64,000 bases of DNA from Tubulanus polymorphus (taxonomy: Eukaryota; Animalia; Nemertea). The position numbers and the translations under genes were made by a program. Below, in pieces: positions 22,268-35,633 of this stretch; within the stretch, counting starts at the first letter, position 1, and each line of letters starts with the position of its first letter. Location: the NCBI RefSeq assembly GCF_964204645.1, contig NC_134030.1, positions 5,746,778-5,810,777 of the forward strand, in the 5' to 3' direction. The notes beneath the pieces are model-generated. The model saw only the letters and a list, made by a program, of their open reading frames with translations, was not told the DNA's origin and did no database searches.

Positions 22268-25200
22268 GATACTGTTACACGTCACAGCATGTTTGCAGTT
22301 AGAGCGTAGATGATCTGATTTTAACATGAATTTTCTTGCGCTGTACAAAGTGAAATTAATAAAAGCCCTTTTTACATAAATTATCAGAAACATAAGATTC
22401 ATTAAGATACAATAAAATATTGAGATATACATAAACAGATAAACACACTTGTATGTTCTTCTAAAAAGGTAATTTTGAAAAGCATGAATAGATGGGCTTT
22501 CTCTGACAGTTTGGTTGGAACGTTGAATTAATTGTTATTTCGATGAATTCCTTCAATCAACGAAATTGAGAAACTGAAACCCTTCACGAATCGACGAAAC
22601 GCAGTCGGAAAAAGTGAACCGACGTGAACCTCGTCGTTCGGTGGCGATTGTGAAAATGACCGAACGATGAACCAGGCTCTATAAATTGGGAGCAGGATAT
22701 CGATAATCCGATTGTCTGAAACCCTTCATTTAAGGAGCTCTAGCTACATGGACGCGCTGATTATGAGTATAAGGAACATGAAGAAAATTGGCGTAACGAA
22801 AATAATCTTAGCGTTTTACATTGTGGCTGCGACTTTCTGAAACAGTTCAACATCAACAATTTAGATCGGTACAGCGATTCATTCTTCGTTAGACATTGGA
22901 GGATGTTGAGTCTTCCTTAAGCCCCAGATGGGTTCATTAGGTGTGCTACATTAAATCCACGGATAATGTAGTGATTTATGACCAGTATAGCCAGCCAACA
23001 CTAGCGAGCAGAGGTCTCGCGATCCGATTTTAAAAATCTGGATTACTCCGACGCTTCTGCTGCTGTTTGTCGAATGTATACGGTTCGTATAGATGTCCAG
23101 ACAATGCCTGGTACTGAATATAAAATAGAAATGAGAACTGATTACATATGAGGATAACGCGAATCGCAATTTATCTAGATTTTCTGCCACAGAAGTAACA
23201 TAACAAACTTCATTCTAACTTTGAGAAAAAACGCCTACGTGAGTAGAATAACTTGCATCCTTGAAAACGGAAAAATAAGTTACCAATAATGCTTTTGATG
23301 GCTTTAATAATCCACTTTGGGCTCAATTAAAGGATCGAGCTGTAAGTATATCCTGTGAACTCGTTCCCCGAAGGAGTGAATTCAAATCGTAGTGTTTCAT
23401 GTGGCCACAGGGCATTTGTTGAAAGAATCTGCCCGGCGAACTCCCGATGGTGGCAATCATACGACTCTATGTAACAGCGTGATTTTCTATATTAAGCGCC
23501 GAGTCGTCAAACGAAGTGAAAATATCTCCGAGGGGATTCTGCCAGCGTTCGTTTTTAAATTGGCGTTGTCCTTTGTTCCCTCATGTAGAATTACTTAGAA
23601 GTATCGAGTAGCACTTTCAAGATAATTTTCCAACAAATTCAATAGGGATCTCACGAGCCGTCTCAGATTCATGTCTGAAATGTTTCCTTTTACCTTGTTT
23701 TCCGTTGCAACTCGAAACAAATCTCGGAGACATTTAGACGACACTGGAAAAGAATAATAGAAGCCTACGTTGGTTTCATATTCCATCGGAAATTACGAAC
23801 GATCATTGGGCCGATATAGATCTACGTCGTGTGTTTATACGATAGTTTAATCCCGAATTAACGGTATTGAAACTACTTCGTAAAAACTGCTAATCCATGC
23901 CTGAAAACACGAATTTACGGATGTAACATTTTCAGATTATGTTTTTTTTAATTCACGAGCTCATCCTCCTCGTTCGAAGAAGCGTTATTTGCATCAGATG
24001 TTATGACAAGCGAGGCAAACTTGACGTGGCTATATTGTCACCATTTCTATCATCTGTATTGAAGCCTATCCACTGTACAGCTTCAATCTTATCATCATCG
24101 CCGATACAAGATGTCAGCAGGTTTCATTTTGTCTAATAAGGCGAGAGGGGTGACAAAATATTAGCCATCTATTCGCGGAAACATATCGAAAAATTGTTAT
24201 ATTACGCGATTTTTGCTGATATGAAATAGGGAATTCAAAACGTTGGGTCTGTTTTACGTATGAACTCATAAACTCAAATTTCAGTTTAAACTAGTTAAGT
24301 TTAGTATGAACTCTAGTATATATATACGCCCATAGATTCCAAGTCAAATATAATTTTCTGTATCAATAACAGGTACACACTGAGGAACTCAAAGTTCTTT
24401 CATAACCGAATAAAAGACTGGCCAACGTTACAAAGATTTTCTTCGATGGAAGTATTGCATAACTTGCAACTGTCTTGTATTGGTTATATCTCAAACAAAA
24501 TGAATGATCTGACGGTGTGGCGGCTGGCCGCATGGTGGATACGTCTTAATTGTATCGCTGGGGAAAACTGCTGTGCAATTAACCCCGGAGCTCGATTAAA
24601 TTTGTATTATGCGTAAGACGTATACAAGATTTCCATCGATAATGAGATAGATATACATTACTAATAGAAAAACACATTTGATATTATGAATATGCAACGA
24701 ACAGAGCGAAAAGAATTTTGCGAATTTCGTATGATATCCGTCTGTCTATGCATCAGTATAGTGCTTGGGTGACAATTTTTCGGACCAGTGAACAGTCTCG
24801 AATTATCTCAGACACTCGTCGAAACAGTATCGAATATACTCGTAGAAACGATGTATATGTATGAGACCTTTTGCTTACGCTATGATTTTGTATGATTGGT
24901 GACGAATTGACCGCCGCAATTATTTTGGTGCTACGGTTGCGAACTAGCTTATGTATGATCGGGTCGCAGTAAACAACCTCGAGATATATTTTCTCATTAT
25001 TGGTTGAGCATAGAATGGAATGAGTGGATTTTCAAATATGACGTCATATCTACCTACGCAAACATCAGTGACGTCGCATTCCGTAAAATACGAAGGCTGC
25101 CACTAAAAGATCTGCTATTCAGTAACTTTCGTGATTGTAAAATCCTAAATACCAGGTGTCATATACCTACTCGTCAATGAAACCTTCCAGTCATGTTTTC

Positions 25201-28200
25201 TGGAAGAGTCTTAAAATCATGAAATCGTTAGTGGTCAAATTGATGTTATCATAGAGAAATAGACGAGGCAACCATCACGTGTGCAATAGTCCATATATTT
25301 TACGGGTATATGTACCTGGCCTATTCTTCTAACATCGCCCTTAAACAAATTGATAAGTTCATATTTCAGGGGGAAAAATTCGCATCAGGTTCAATGGCCC
25401 GATACAATTGCTAACAATGGACTGACCTAGAGCCGTATGTACGTCATCCTATACTTTTTTGCTATTCCTAGTCTGGAATTTCTGATGGCTTTTTGTTTTC
25501 TGTTGTGCAAGTTTGTAGGTTCTGATATTTTTGTTTTGTTTACTTGCCCTGTCCAAGTTCCGAATTTATGATGGTAATCCGACGAGTCATTCTTCTAATG
25601 ATTATTTTGAAAAACAGAATCTAATGTGGTTTTGATGTTGAAAAAAATTCTCCACATTTACATTTTGAATGAACACCGGGTCGCTCCAAGTATAATGATA
25701 TGCCATCATGTCAATGGTAGTACTGGTTGAGCTGACAAACCGTATCAAACGAAAGCGAATATAGATCTTCTCGCTTCGTTGCACAAAAGGAACAGCGTCG
25801 AATCATTCGGCCGTAATCGCGGGGAATGAAGTTTTACGGATAGGCATCCAAACAACGTCCAATTTGCGAGACATGTCAGTAATGAACCTGCAATGAATTA
25901 CTCATTTCCACGGACACCTCTTACAACGCCGTTGTCAAGTGATTTGATTTTTATTCCCGGTGACATCATTAGTCTTTAGATGCAAGGCATGCCATTGTTC
26001 ATTAGCGACGCGCCTTAAAACCCCCAGAAAACGTGATTTCTGCCGCTGGAAGTTTTTTAACATTACGTCATACCATATCGTGCTCGAGGGTTTAGCCGCA
26101 TTCAAAGGCAATTTCCCGGTATTTAAAAGCTAAAATAGTTTGAAATGTCACGTTTTCCTACGAGACATGAATCAATTTTCCATTCAAAAAGTTGATACAA
26201 AGAAAGAAATGTAGAAAAAAATCCAAGCTGTCACTAAAGTGTATAAAATCTTCTCCGTCATCCTCAGGGGTCATTCGTTTATGATTCCGTTTACAGCCTG
26301 GCCGTAAAACTGTGGTAATTACAAATGGCTATAAGAAGGCGATTGACGGGCAAATAGCGAAGGATCTATTCGCTAGACAAGCTGGATTCTAATATCGATA
26401 AAACCTGGCAATTTGCAGTTAATTTGATCTATGTGGCGGTCATGTGAGAATCGCAAGTGATTTACCGGATCAATCGACGAGTTGCACGAGTTAAATCAAC
26501 TTTTACATTGACCTAAGGATGCGTTACTTCGAGTTTTCATCGACTGGAATCTGCACATCAACTAAATTACCAGGTATTTGCAATGTCACATAGCATCTCT
26601 ATCATTCCACCATTTGAATAATTAATGCCTGGTGATGAAGCAACCTTGGTGGTCAAGCCGCTTTGTATAGTATTTATTATACGTGTGTATTACAGAACTC
26701 ATCTGTCGACGCGCCTTAAAATGATTATTATCTTTGTATCGTTCTTAATTTTGTCGCTAAATCTGCACGAGTTGTATTGAAAAGTACAGCGCTAAGCTAG
26801 GCTTATCAACGAACGACTTGTAAATTAAGAAAGGCGCGGTCTAACCAATTTCGCATCATTCTGCGGAGTGCAACTTCAACGCCCTGTTCTAGAAATAAAC
26901 TACCCCTTGTTATTACGTAAGGATTTTGACAAGCTATGCGGAACATAAGACGTTGTTATCAGAAAATATTCTTTCAGAAGAAAATTGAAACTGCATTTTG
27001 TGTGTAGCGGAGAATTTTTTATTACATATGAAGAAATAGAATACCAACAATTCGCATTAGAAAAATGTTCAGCCTCGCGTAAGCGACATACGTTTTTTTC
27101 AAGCGTTCAAATGACGTATGTTTTACAATAATCGAATTTTTTCTTTCCCATCCTTCCGAGTTAGTTTCACCACATGAAGAAAATATGTAAAAAATGTTCA
27201 ATTTCGTCGCCTAGCAACTGTGTTTAAAGAGAAACGTCGAACCGGAAGTTGGACGCCGGTGTCATGAAAATTGCATCAAATAATCTGCGAATATCGAAGT
27301 TTGTAGGATTGAAATATTTGCTTTTTACTTCGACCGTTTGCCCGACAGGAAGAAATGTTTTCATACAATATATTCGGAAAGGTGCAATAAAAATAATATA
27401 TACGCAAATATCGCGCACTTTATCAATCTTTGCGACGGGAAGAAGAGGAAAGAAGCGTGAATAAAAAAGTTACATGTAATGTGAGTAAGATCTTAACTTC
27501 CTTGATTCTTATCATGAGTCTTTTACAATATATACGTCGAGACGAATTCAGTTTGTATTGTGTTCATAATTCACCTTCGTGAGAAACTTACACGAAAGGG
27601 AAAGTATATTGGGCCGATATTGACCGGCGGATACTACTCTACTACCACTACTACCCGGCGGATATATTTCTCCTTATCCGCGGTCTCTGGGTTACAGGGT
27701 TAAGGAACCTGAATGGCTTCTTCTTGTCAAGTACATTTGTGTGTACACGTATTGCCCTTTCAATTTAATTATTGCACGGCGTTCGCTATCGAGTCGAATC
27801 ATCGAGAATCGCGCGCCAGAGCTGCCTTACAACATTAATGATATGATTGAATAATTGTTAAACTTTGGTGCGGACATCATCGCTCGTCTCGACGCTGCGG
27901 CGCGAATTTAGGAATGGATTAAGCGACCGCCAGCAACATCGGAAACAGCGGCGAGAAGGCAGCAGAACATTAAAGCTTACGTATCGCAACCACTGCCGGC
28001 GTGGCAGTGAGAATATTTCGAGTCAGATGTTGAAGGCGCATTGCAGACGGCTTAGTCGAATGAGATAACAGCTACGTCGCGAAGTGGTATTCGTTTTTGA
28101 GAAGTAAAGATTCTTCCGCGAGTGTTTTATCGACTCAAATCTCGTCGCTAATCTATACCGGATGTAACAGTTAGCGGCGATCGAGAAAAAAATTTATTCA

Positions 28201-28637
28201 CAGTTTTCTCTAATCAGTAAAGACCGCGTTTTGCTTACCGGAGGATCTATTCTCCATAGAACACGTCGAGATGGTTTAGCGTCGTGTGTTAATTGAAAGA
28301 TACGCGTAAGAATTCACAGAACCGTTAAGTCACAATTACGAGCGCTTTCATTTGCAAGAAACCCCACAGTCGTCGGCACCAACGATTGTCAGAGTCGAGG
28401 CAGGAAATTCGCAGTTGACGAGACACTGAGAACTAGTGCGGACATAAGATACGGTGCTTAGCAGAAATATGCATGTCACCAAAACTTGCCAAAGGTTTGC
28501 AGCAACAGACTGGAAAAATTCGCGATAGCGTAACCTAAGACGCCAGCAGCGGTGCAAATGCACTGTCGTGTTCGTCATATATCAACTATCTGACTTTGTT
28601 TTTACCTGAAAAAAAAAATGAAGAACACGCGAGGATA

Positions 28638-28668
28638 ATGAAGCGCTACAACTACAACGATTTCACGT
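28638..28668 (+). CDS. Putative first coding exon (MKRYNYNDFT, phase-1 donor) or uORF of a large-intron gene extending rightwards
   Basis: ATG plus 9 codons, then T|GTAAGT at 28669. Preceded by ~800 bp of CpG-rich, 5'-UTR-like sequence. No downstream body identified. Confidence 0.3.
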
Positions 28669-31600
28669 GTAAGTTATTTTCAAAATTCTTTTTGGATACA
28701 ATTATTTCAAAAAATGTACAATGATGATATGATTGTAAGTTCAAGTGATTCTATGGAATTGAAGTATTTATTAATGAGTTCGGTGATAAATTGTACGCTG
28801 TAACGTCGTGCGTTGTTTTATAAAATCGTGAATAAATAATGAAAATGTATCACATCTCGTTTCACAGCTGTGGATCAACTGGTACGGGATCAAAAAAAGG
28901 AAAAAACAATTGTTTATCATCCCGGCTTTAAATATTTAAACAAAAATTCCCAGTTTCCTAGATTCGTAGCAATTTGCGATGATTGAAAAAGCGAAAAAAA
29001 AACGAAACTAATGTTATTGCATTTCGTGCATCATTCATCATCGGCGATGATTTTTCCAACGATTTGCGCTTCGTTTTCGTCCGCATCTGAGCAATTTGCT
29101 ATGAAGATGCGCCTAGAACCGGGATAAATTGGTCTCGTCTCTATTGCGCGCACGTTGAAAAGGGACTCGCTGTCGAAGGGTATAATCTGTTTCGATTCAT
29201 CGCCCTAGGAAAACCGAGAAAAAGCTGCCGTCGTTTCAGGCGTCGAATCGGTGTCGTACCGGACAGGTGGCACCTGGTTTTACACGCTTAAATCCCTCGC
29301 ACGTCTACTTATAGTTACATCTTATTGCATACGTGCGTTCGCAATTTAGATTACGTTTACTCGCTATCAACGGTTAGAATTGAATATTTATCGAACAATC
29401 GCGAGTTGAGCGGCTAATAGCAAGAAACTAATTAACGAATACAGATTTTATTTATCAACGACAAATATGTTGATTGTTTGTTTACTGTATCCGATCGGTG
29501 CGGTTTATTATGATTTGCTCGCGCACCTCTAAGTCGTCGGTGCATTTATTGTTTGCGTGCGCGCGGAATTATTATACAATACCAATTGACGCGTTTGCAC
29601 GCACCATATTTGCGTCTTGATAATCTCTGTGAGTATAGACCGAACATGCGGGTCACGGGTATATTAGGTTTAATGGTAGAACTTCAAGATAAAATGATTG
29701 ATGCCCACGCGGTGTAACCACCCCAAAACCGATAAATGCGACTTTAATATGGCTACGCTTATTGTACCGTCTTGTATGTTATTCGAAAACCGGCGGATGG
29801 CCTACGAATGACGGCCATCTGATTGGAATGATCAGAAAATTTTAAATGGATTTTTCGTCAAATCAGATCCCCGCGGAATTTTATAAATGCCCTGCCAAAA
29901 TTGATTTAAAAACGTCATCCACCTTCGTCGTAGATCGTATTCTGTGGCATTGTATATAGCCGTGGCGCTGTTTAAATTAAACATCATTTCCCGATCTGTT
30001 TTTGAATATCTTTGAAAAATACAATATGGCCGCTATCGCTTCGAGCCGAGTGACTGCGCGTCAATTCGGCGAGGTGTAATAATGTCGTGACTGTTTGTCG
30101 TAAAGACGGGGCTTTTAAATTTTTCATTAGTTTTTCTATTAGACCTTCTATTCTCGAAATTGGTGCAGACATTAGCTTCTGTATGTATCGCCATGTCCCG
30201 GGGCGCACGCGAAAATTCGTTTCTTAATCGAACTCGTATCGTTAATTAGTTCGTGAGGCCATTTTTTCGAGTGTCGAATGTTAAAGCGGCGCTGTCCGAT
30301 TCCTGTGTCGGCGCGCGTGCACACAAATGGATTACGTCCTCTGAAAAAAAAACATATTAAAAACAGCTGTCATTAGTTTCAAATTGATGCGAAGCACGCG
30401 AAGCACAATGTTTGCACCAGGACAATATTCTCGAGGAAATTCATTATAAAAACTCGATATATTCAGTATTTTTTCAGTTATTGTTCAGCATTTACCGTAT
30501 TGTTTTGCAGTGGCGTACGCTTTAAGTGGTACATAACAAAACAAAGGATGTTAAACAAAACACTCAGAACGGAGTGAATACACTCAAAACCGTCATTCTA
30601 GATAGATGGACGTCCGAAAACGCCAGAAAACACAATACGAAATGTTAGAATACGTAGTTAGCTAAGTGTATAGAATTTCTCTTTGTCGCGCCTTAAAAAT
30701 GAACTTAGATATTTATGCAATTCTCGTGTTTCCTCCTCTTGTTTCTGTCGGTTCCATCGTTCGGATTGTTATGGCCAATAATTATTCAGCGATACATTAT
30801 AGCTAACATTTCATTTCGTAAACTAATATTTATCTTGTCTCGCCACAATCTTACATCTAAACAAATAGAATTGACGACGAAATACCGATATCTAAAGAGA
30901 AGAGACTTCAAAAACTAAACGATTTCATCGGTATTCCATGCTATGAAACTATAAGAGTCGTTAGCAACGTTTTTTTTCGATTATTTTTTTACGAATCTTC
31001 CAACCGTGTATTCAGCAGTCGGTGTATACGAACACTAGCATGTACTTGTTCCTCAACAGATGCTTATAGCAGTCAGGATGATAAAGCGTTCACGGGGAAA
31101 AGGCATCGTACCGTGAAAGAAATGTCGTTTGTTTTTCATAGCTAATGAATAAAAAAACGACCGTCGCATCATGCCTACACCGCAGTTCGGGTCATTTAGG
31201 ACCACGGTCTAGGGGATCGGCGTGCGTGATTTGTGTTCTTCAATACATGCCGGCGAATAAATCGTCGTTCAGTATTTGCTCGTCACGTATTTGATGCAAA
31301 TACCGGTGACATCCTGCCCTAATGCGGCAGTTCAAACACGGGATGTATGTTCACCGATTAAGACACACTGACACCGGAAATTCTTATAGAACGCGTATTA
31401 ATTTCCCGTGTCAGTTTTTCTGATGACTTGAGCTCTCTCTCTCTCGTTCTCCATTCCCGCGCAGCGTCCTCGTTAAACGAACGACCACGCGTCAATATGT
31501 AATATGTATTATTTATTCAAAAAATCAAACACAACCGGATTCGCAACTTCCTTCGACAAATACATATTCATATATAACTAGATGAGAATTAGGAACCTCG

Positions 31601-32223
31601 TATATCGGTGTATATATTGTATCATTCATTTATTTCCATTACATCGTGTTATGATTGTGTTCTATCGAATACAGACGCAATTTTCCGAGCAAAGCCGACT
31701 GGCATTTGGAAGAAATACGAAACTACTGCTCCTTCAACTCTTGTTTTCCGTATCAGGTTTTTCTCGTTTCTGTCAATTCAACAACAAAATATTCACATGA
31801 TATGTTTTATATATGCATTCAATGCTTTAAAGTATCACGTTAAAAGGTCACGATTGGCAGACATGATAATTTCAATAAGGAAACATCTTGTAAGCCGACA
31901 CGAGATAAATGAAACTGTTTTTGTTTCGAAAGTGTCTTACTGTACATATTTTATCTTTTGCACGTATGGTTTTCTTTTTGAAAGAATGAATCACTGTAGG
32001 AGTGTAAAAAAAAAACGTTAAGGCAACATTGGAGACAATATCGCTGTTACGTCGAAGGATGGAATTTCTTTTTCACCTTCAAGTATATTGCGAGCCAGAC
32101 AACTTTGAAGAAGTAATAAAACATGTTCACATTTTTGATGTGTGACTTTTACATTTTCCAGGAACGCATGGTTGTAAGTGAAGTGAGCACTGGTATAATA
32201 ATCAGACTCGTTTGGTGTTGCAG

Positions 32224-32257
32224 CCTTCACTAAAGACCACGCACAGGCGCATAACAT
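32224..32257 (+). other. Candidate 34-nt internal exon
   Basis: Acceptor tttggtgttgcag and donor AT|GTAAGTA. In frame with the 28638 exon it reads SFTKDHAQAHN. Confidence 0.25.
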
Positions 32258-34342
32258 GTAAGTATGGCTCGAAATGGAATACTTTTATTCCTAAGTTTTT
32301 GTTCATATATGTAGTTGATGATACAGAAGAGTTCGTTCAAGTCGGATCTTTTAGGACCGTAAAATTGTGACCGACTTGATTGGTATCCGGATGCTATGTA
32401 TTTCACGTCAAAAAAAAATATTTTTCAATAAAATTCCTAGTTGATCGGATCCAACTTTGGCGGAGTCTACTTTATATATTTCATTGACTGTTTCAATATC
32501 TTATAAATATTCATCATATCAAAACAATTTACACTCTAGGATATATGTAACAAAATGAGAGTTACGCGAAGAGATTTGTGAGTGTCACCCACACACTCGC
32601 GTTAGTATATAATAAATAGTATTGCACTGAAACCCCTTTTCCACCGAAGCTTCTTTCAAAGCTAATATTCGACTGACTTGTGGTGAATAGACAGAATACA
32701 CCAAAAACCTGACAAATCCCACCGTCATAAACCTAGCCCGAAGACAAGTAATTACTACAAGAAGCGAAATTTTTACATGCACGTCATCGAAAGCTAGCAC
32801 ATAATACGACTAATCGGGTTTCTGTTTGCTTTCTGAAATTAATTCCCGTAAGTTCTCCGTGTTAGCGTGAGGAAGGTGCCAGTTTATTTTAAAGTGTAAT
32901 ATGCGGAATTATTATCTATTACCTCGCTTAAGGCTAAGGCTTATTTGTCTGATAACTCGAGCCTGAAATCGAAGATGGACAATTCATCATTTTTATCAAC
33001 TAACGCTCATGATGCTGCTGCGGCTGCGTAAACCCACCTGAGTATGTCTGTAGTGTATTACTTAACACTCGACGAATACCAGTCATACAGAAGTATATTT
33101 TATAAAATACGTACAAGCTATTCAAGCCAAATAATTAATTAATCGCTGGTCCGATCGCAAGTAATCAACTATACATATAGTAATGATACCGATGCTAATA
33201 GAAAAATAGGATTTTTATAGCGCCAATCCTAGCTTGGCTGCGCTTCATATATCATTTAAAAAATGCATGAAAATATGGAATTGGAACTACTTTTTGAACG
33301 AAGTAAATGAATGTTTCAGATGGTTTCATATAGACTGTTTCACACTCGAGGAAGCCATACCACCAACGAAACTTACAGCATTGAAATATCCGAAATCCAA
33401 GTTTTTTACGGCTTTTACCTTTAATCTACCGTTATGAATTGCCTTTATTGAAGCGTGCAATATTAGCGGCGTATACCGTCGATTTACGTCTCCGGCACAT
33501 AGATATTTGAAATATCCGATTTATTGGTATCGAGAGCACGCGTTTCTACCATCAAGCAAGTTGTGTATAAGACGTGCGCCTTCGCCGTTGAGTCAGACTG
33601 ACATCGGTTAAACTTAGATCGCGCGTTGCGCTCTGCGAAAGAAGAAATGACATTTTCCAACCTCATTTTCTCCAATGCGTCAAGTTAATTGAGAATAACG
33701 AGAAACAAATTGCGTCGTATTGTTAGAAAGTGTTTGTAGTGTTGCAAAGGTGGTTGTAGATCAGGCTGATGTGTCGGAAGATGCCGTAGTTAATGGTCGT
33801 TAGTACAGCGTTTCTTTACAATCCATTTCGTTCGATGTAAAATGCACCTTGCAGCCTTAAAATCCAAATAGCTAGTGTAGACACGAATAAATTTTATATC
33901 TTGAATTACTCGTTTTATAATGAATTTGCCAAGACATCGCTCCTCGTAATTACTTCCCAATGAGTCGGGTGCAATTTGGACAAAATGCCGCCGTCAATCT
34001 TCCGCCGCATTCTAACATATATAACCAAACTAAATAATTGATTCAAAGACCACTTTCACAGCTGTGAGTTATGGTTAACTAGGTCTTGAATTAGTTTTTC
34101 CAATGGGTTACCCTAAACCGTCGAACATGACTCATTTTATACAGTCATGACGTAAAATTTGACCATTATTGGGATTGGACTAATTTCGAGTGTCGAATCG
34201 AACTTATCTTCGAACGAAGCGCTGTGGCCAATATGGTCCAAGCCACCGATCGCTGGTCTCCTCAATTCAGGTTTCTCGAATACCCCACGTGGTGCTCAGC
34301 GGGTTGAGGGTTAAAATCCAGATCGAACTGCACCATCAAGCT

Positions 34343-35185
34343 TTATACACCACGCGTTTCCACTATCACTGGGATTTGGATATGGGCTAAGTTAAAAGTT
34401 GTATTTCAAAGTTAGCGGTAATGTGGTCTCAATGCTTTCAAAAGCATGTTTGAAAAATGTATTGACTTACCTTACGAATGTCGAGATATTGACGTAAATA
34501 GAGCACAGAACGGTATTCTGGTATCTAAAATCAAAAACCAGACTAACTTCAGTAAATAAAATCTAAACATACCAAAAGATACAAAAGTCGTACCAGCCCC
34601 TTATCTTAATCCCTTATGTTGTAAGCAATTTTATGTTCTGATTGCAAAACAGAAGAATGATAAGCGAGTGATTGGATAGTGACAGGAATACTTCTAATTT
34701 ATTGATGGCATAAGAATACGTAGGCGAGATCGAAAAATCCTTAAAGCATCACAAACGATGAAGTCAACGAAACGTCTAGATTGTATATTTTTTTCTTAAT
34801 TTCACTATTCATTACTAGAATCGCGACCGAAGCCGGTATACAGCATGAAATCATCGATAAACCAACAAAAAATAAACGAGTAAACTCCATTTGAAATTAT
34901 CAATTATCAACCGTTTTTACCGATTCAGCCAGCTGGGCGATGCGCCCTATTTTCGACGTACTAAAAAATTGACAAAAATGTTATTACATCAGCGGATCAT
35001 ACCCCAAACTGTGTAACCCGTCTTCGAGTTCTCCGATACTCGATAAAATAATTAGAACAATCTCTTGCGAAGACGTTCGTACGCTTTCGCGTTCGGCGCT
35101 TCAGGGTCGATATCGCGTACGTTAAAAACGCAGTAGCGGCGCATATGCAGCCAACTACTACGGAGAGAGCGGTAATTGCCACCAT
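34343..35185 (-). CDS. Small single-pass membrane protein (~85-91 aa), 3 exons, unknown family
   Basis: Exon 1 35185-35003: MVAITALSVVVGCICAATAFLTYAISTL (TM) then basic KRRTRKR...QFG, donor GGG|GTATGA. Exon 2 starts at 34524 after tttttgattttag and reads IPEYRSVLYLRQYLDI(RK), with tandem donors GTAAG/GTAAGT. Exon 3 starts at 34386 after a GCTAAC branch point and ttttaacttag, and reads PHIQIPVIVETRGV-stop or PISKSQ-stop. All phases are consistent. Confidence 0.6.
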
Positions 35186-35619
35186 TAACAATAATATACG
35201 CGATGGGAGAATTTAAAATTTGATAGGAAACAGAAATTTTCTATGCGTCAATATGTACTGAAACGTCTATAATATAAAACCAGTCGACGCTGTCCATATA
35301 AATACTCGAATTACGTGAATAATACATGACTATGACACGCAATTCGTATGATATAAGCATGTTTAGCGTTTATATGGTTATTTGGATTACTATAAGTATA
35401 ATTGAATTTTATAGCTGCATAAATGAGTTGCTCTTGCATATCAAATTCAGTGAGCAGATTGTCTCGCCGAATCGCCATCAAAAACACCTGCTCTCAAAGC
35501 GTATCATGACGAATTATGTTCCCGGCTCCAAAGTTTGATTCGGCCCTTACAAACCCGCGAATAAACTAAGTTGAGTATAGTACGCTGTATTTTAAGTAAG
35601 CGATTGGTGTGGATGTTGT

Positions 35620-35633
35620 GCGCCCTCTAGTGT
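35620..35633 (-). promoter_or_regulatory. CTCF-like binding motif
   Basis: Minus strand ACACTAGAGGGCGC, 13/14 match to CCASYAGRKGGCRC, ~430 bp upstream of the 35185 ATG. Confidence 0.4.

Noticed and set aside
28602-28618. Minus-strand T10-CAG|GTAAAA ratchet-like motif
   Set aside because: Weak donor and no evidence of a long minus-strand intron here.
30715-30918. ORF with a signal-like N-terminus MQFSCFLLLFLSVPSFG
   Set aside because: The hydrophobicity is explained by T-rich sequence; no splice or homology support.
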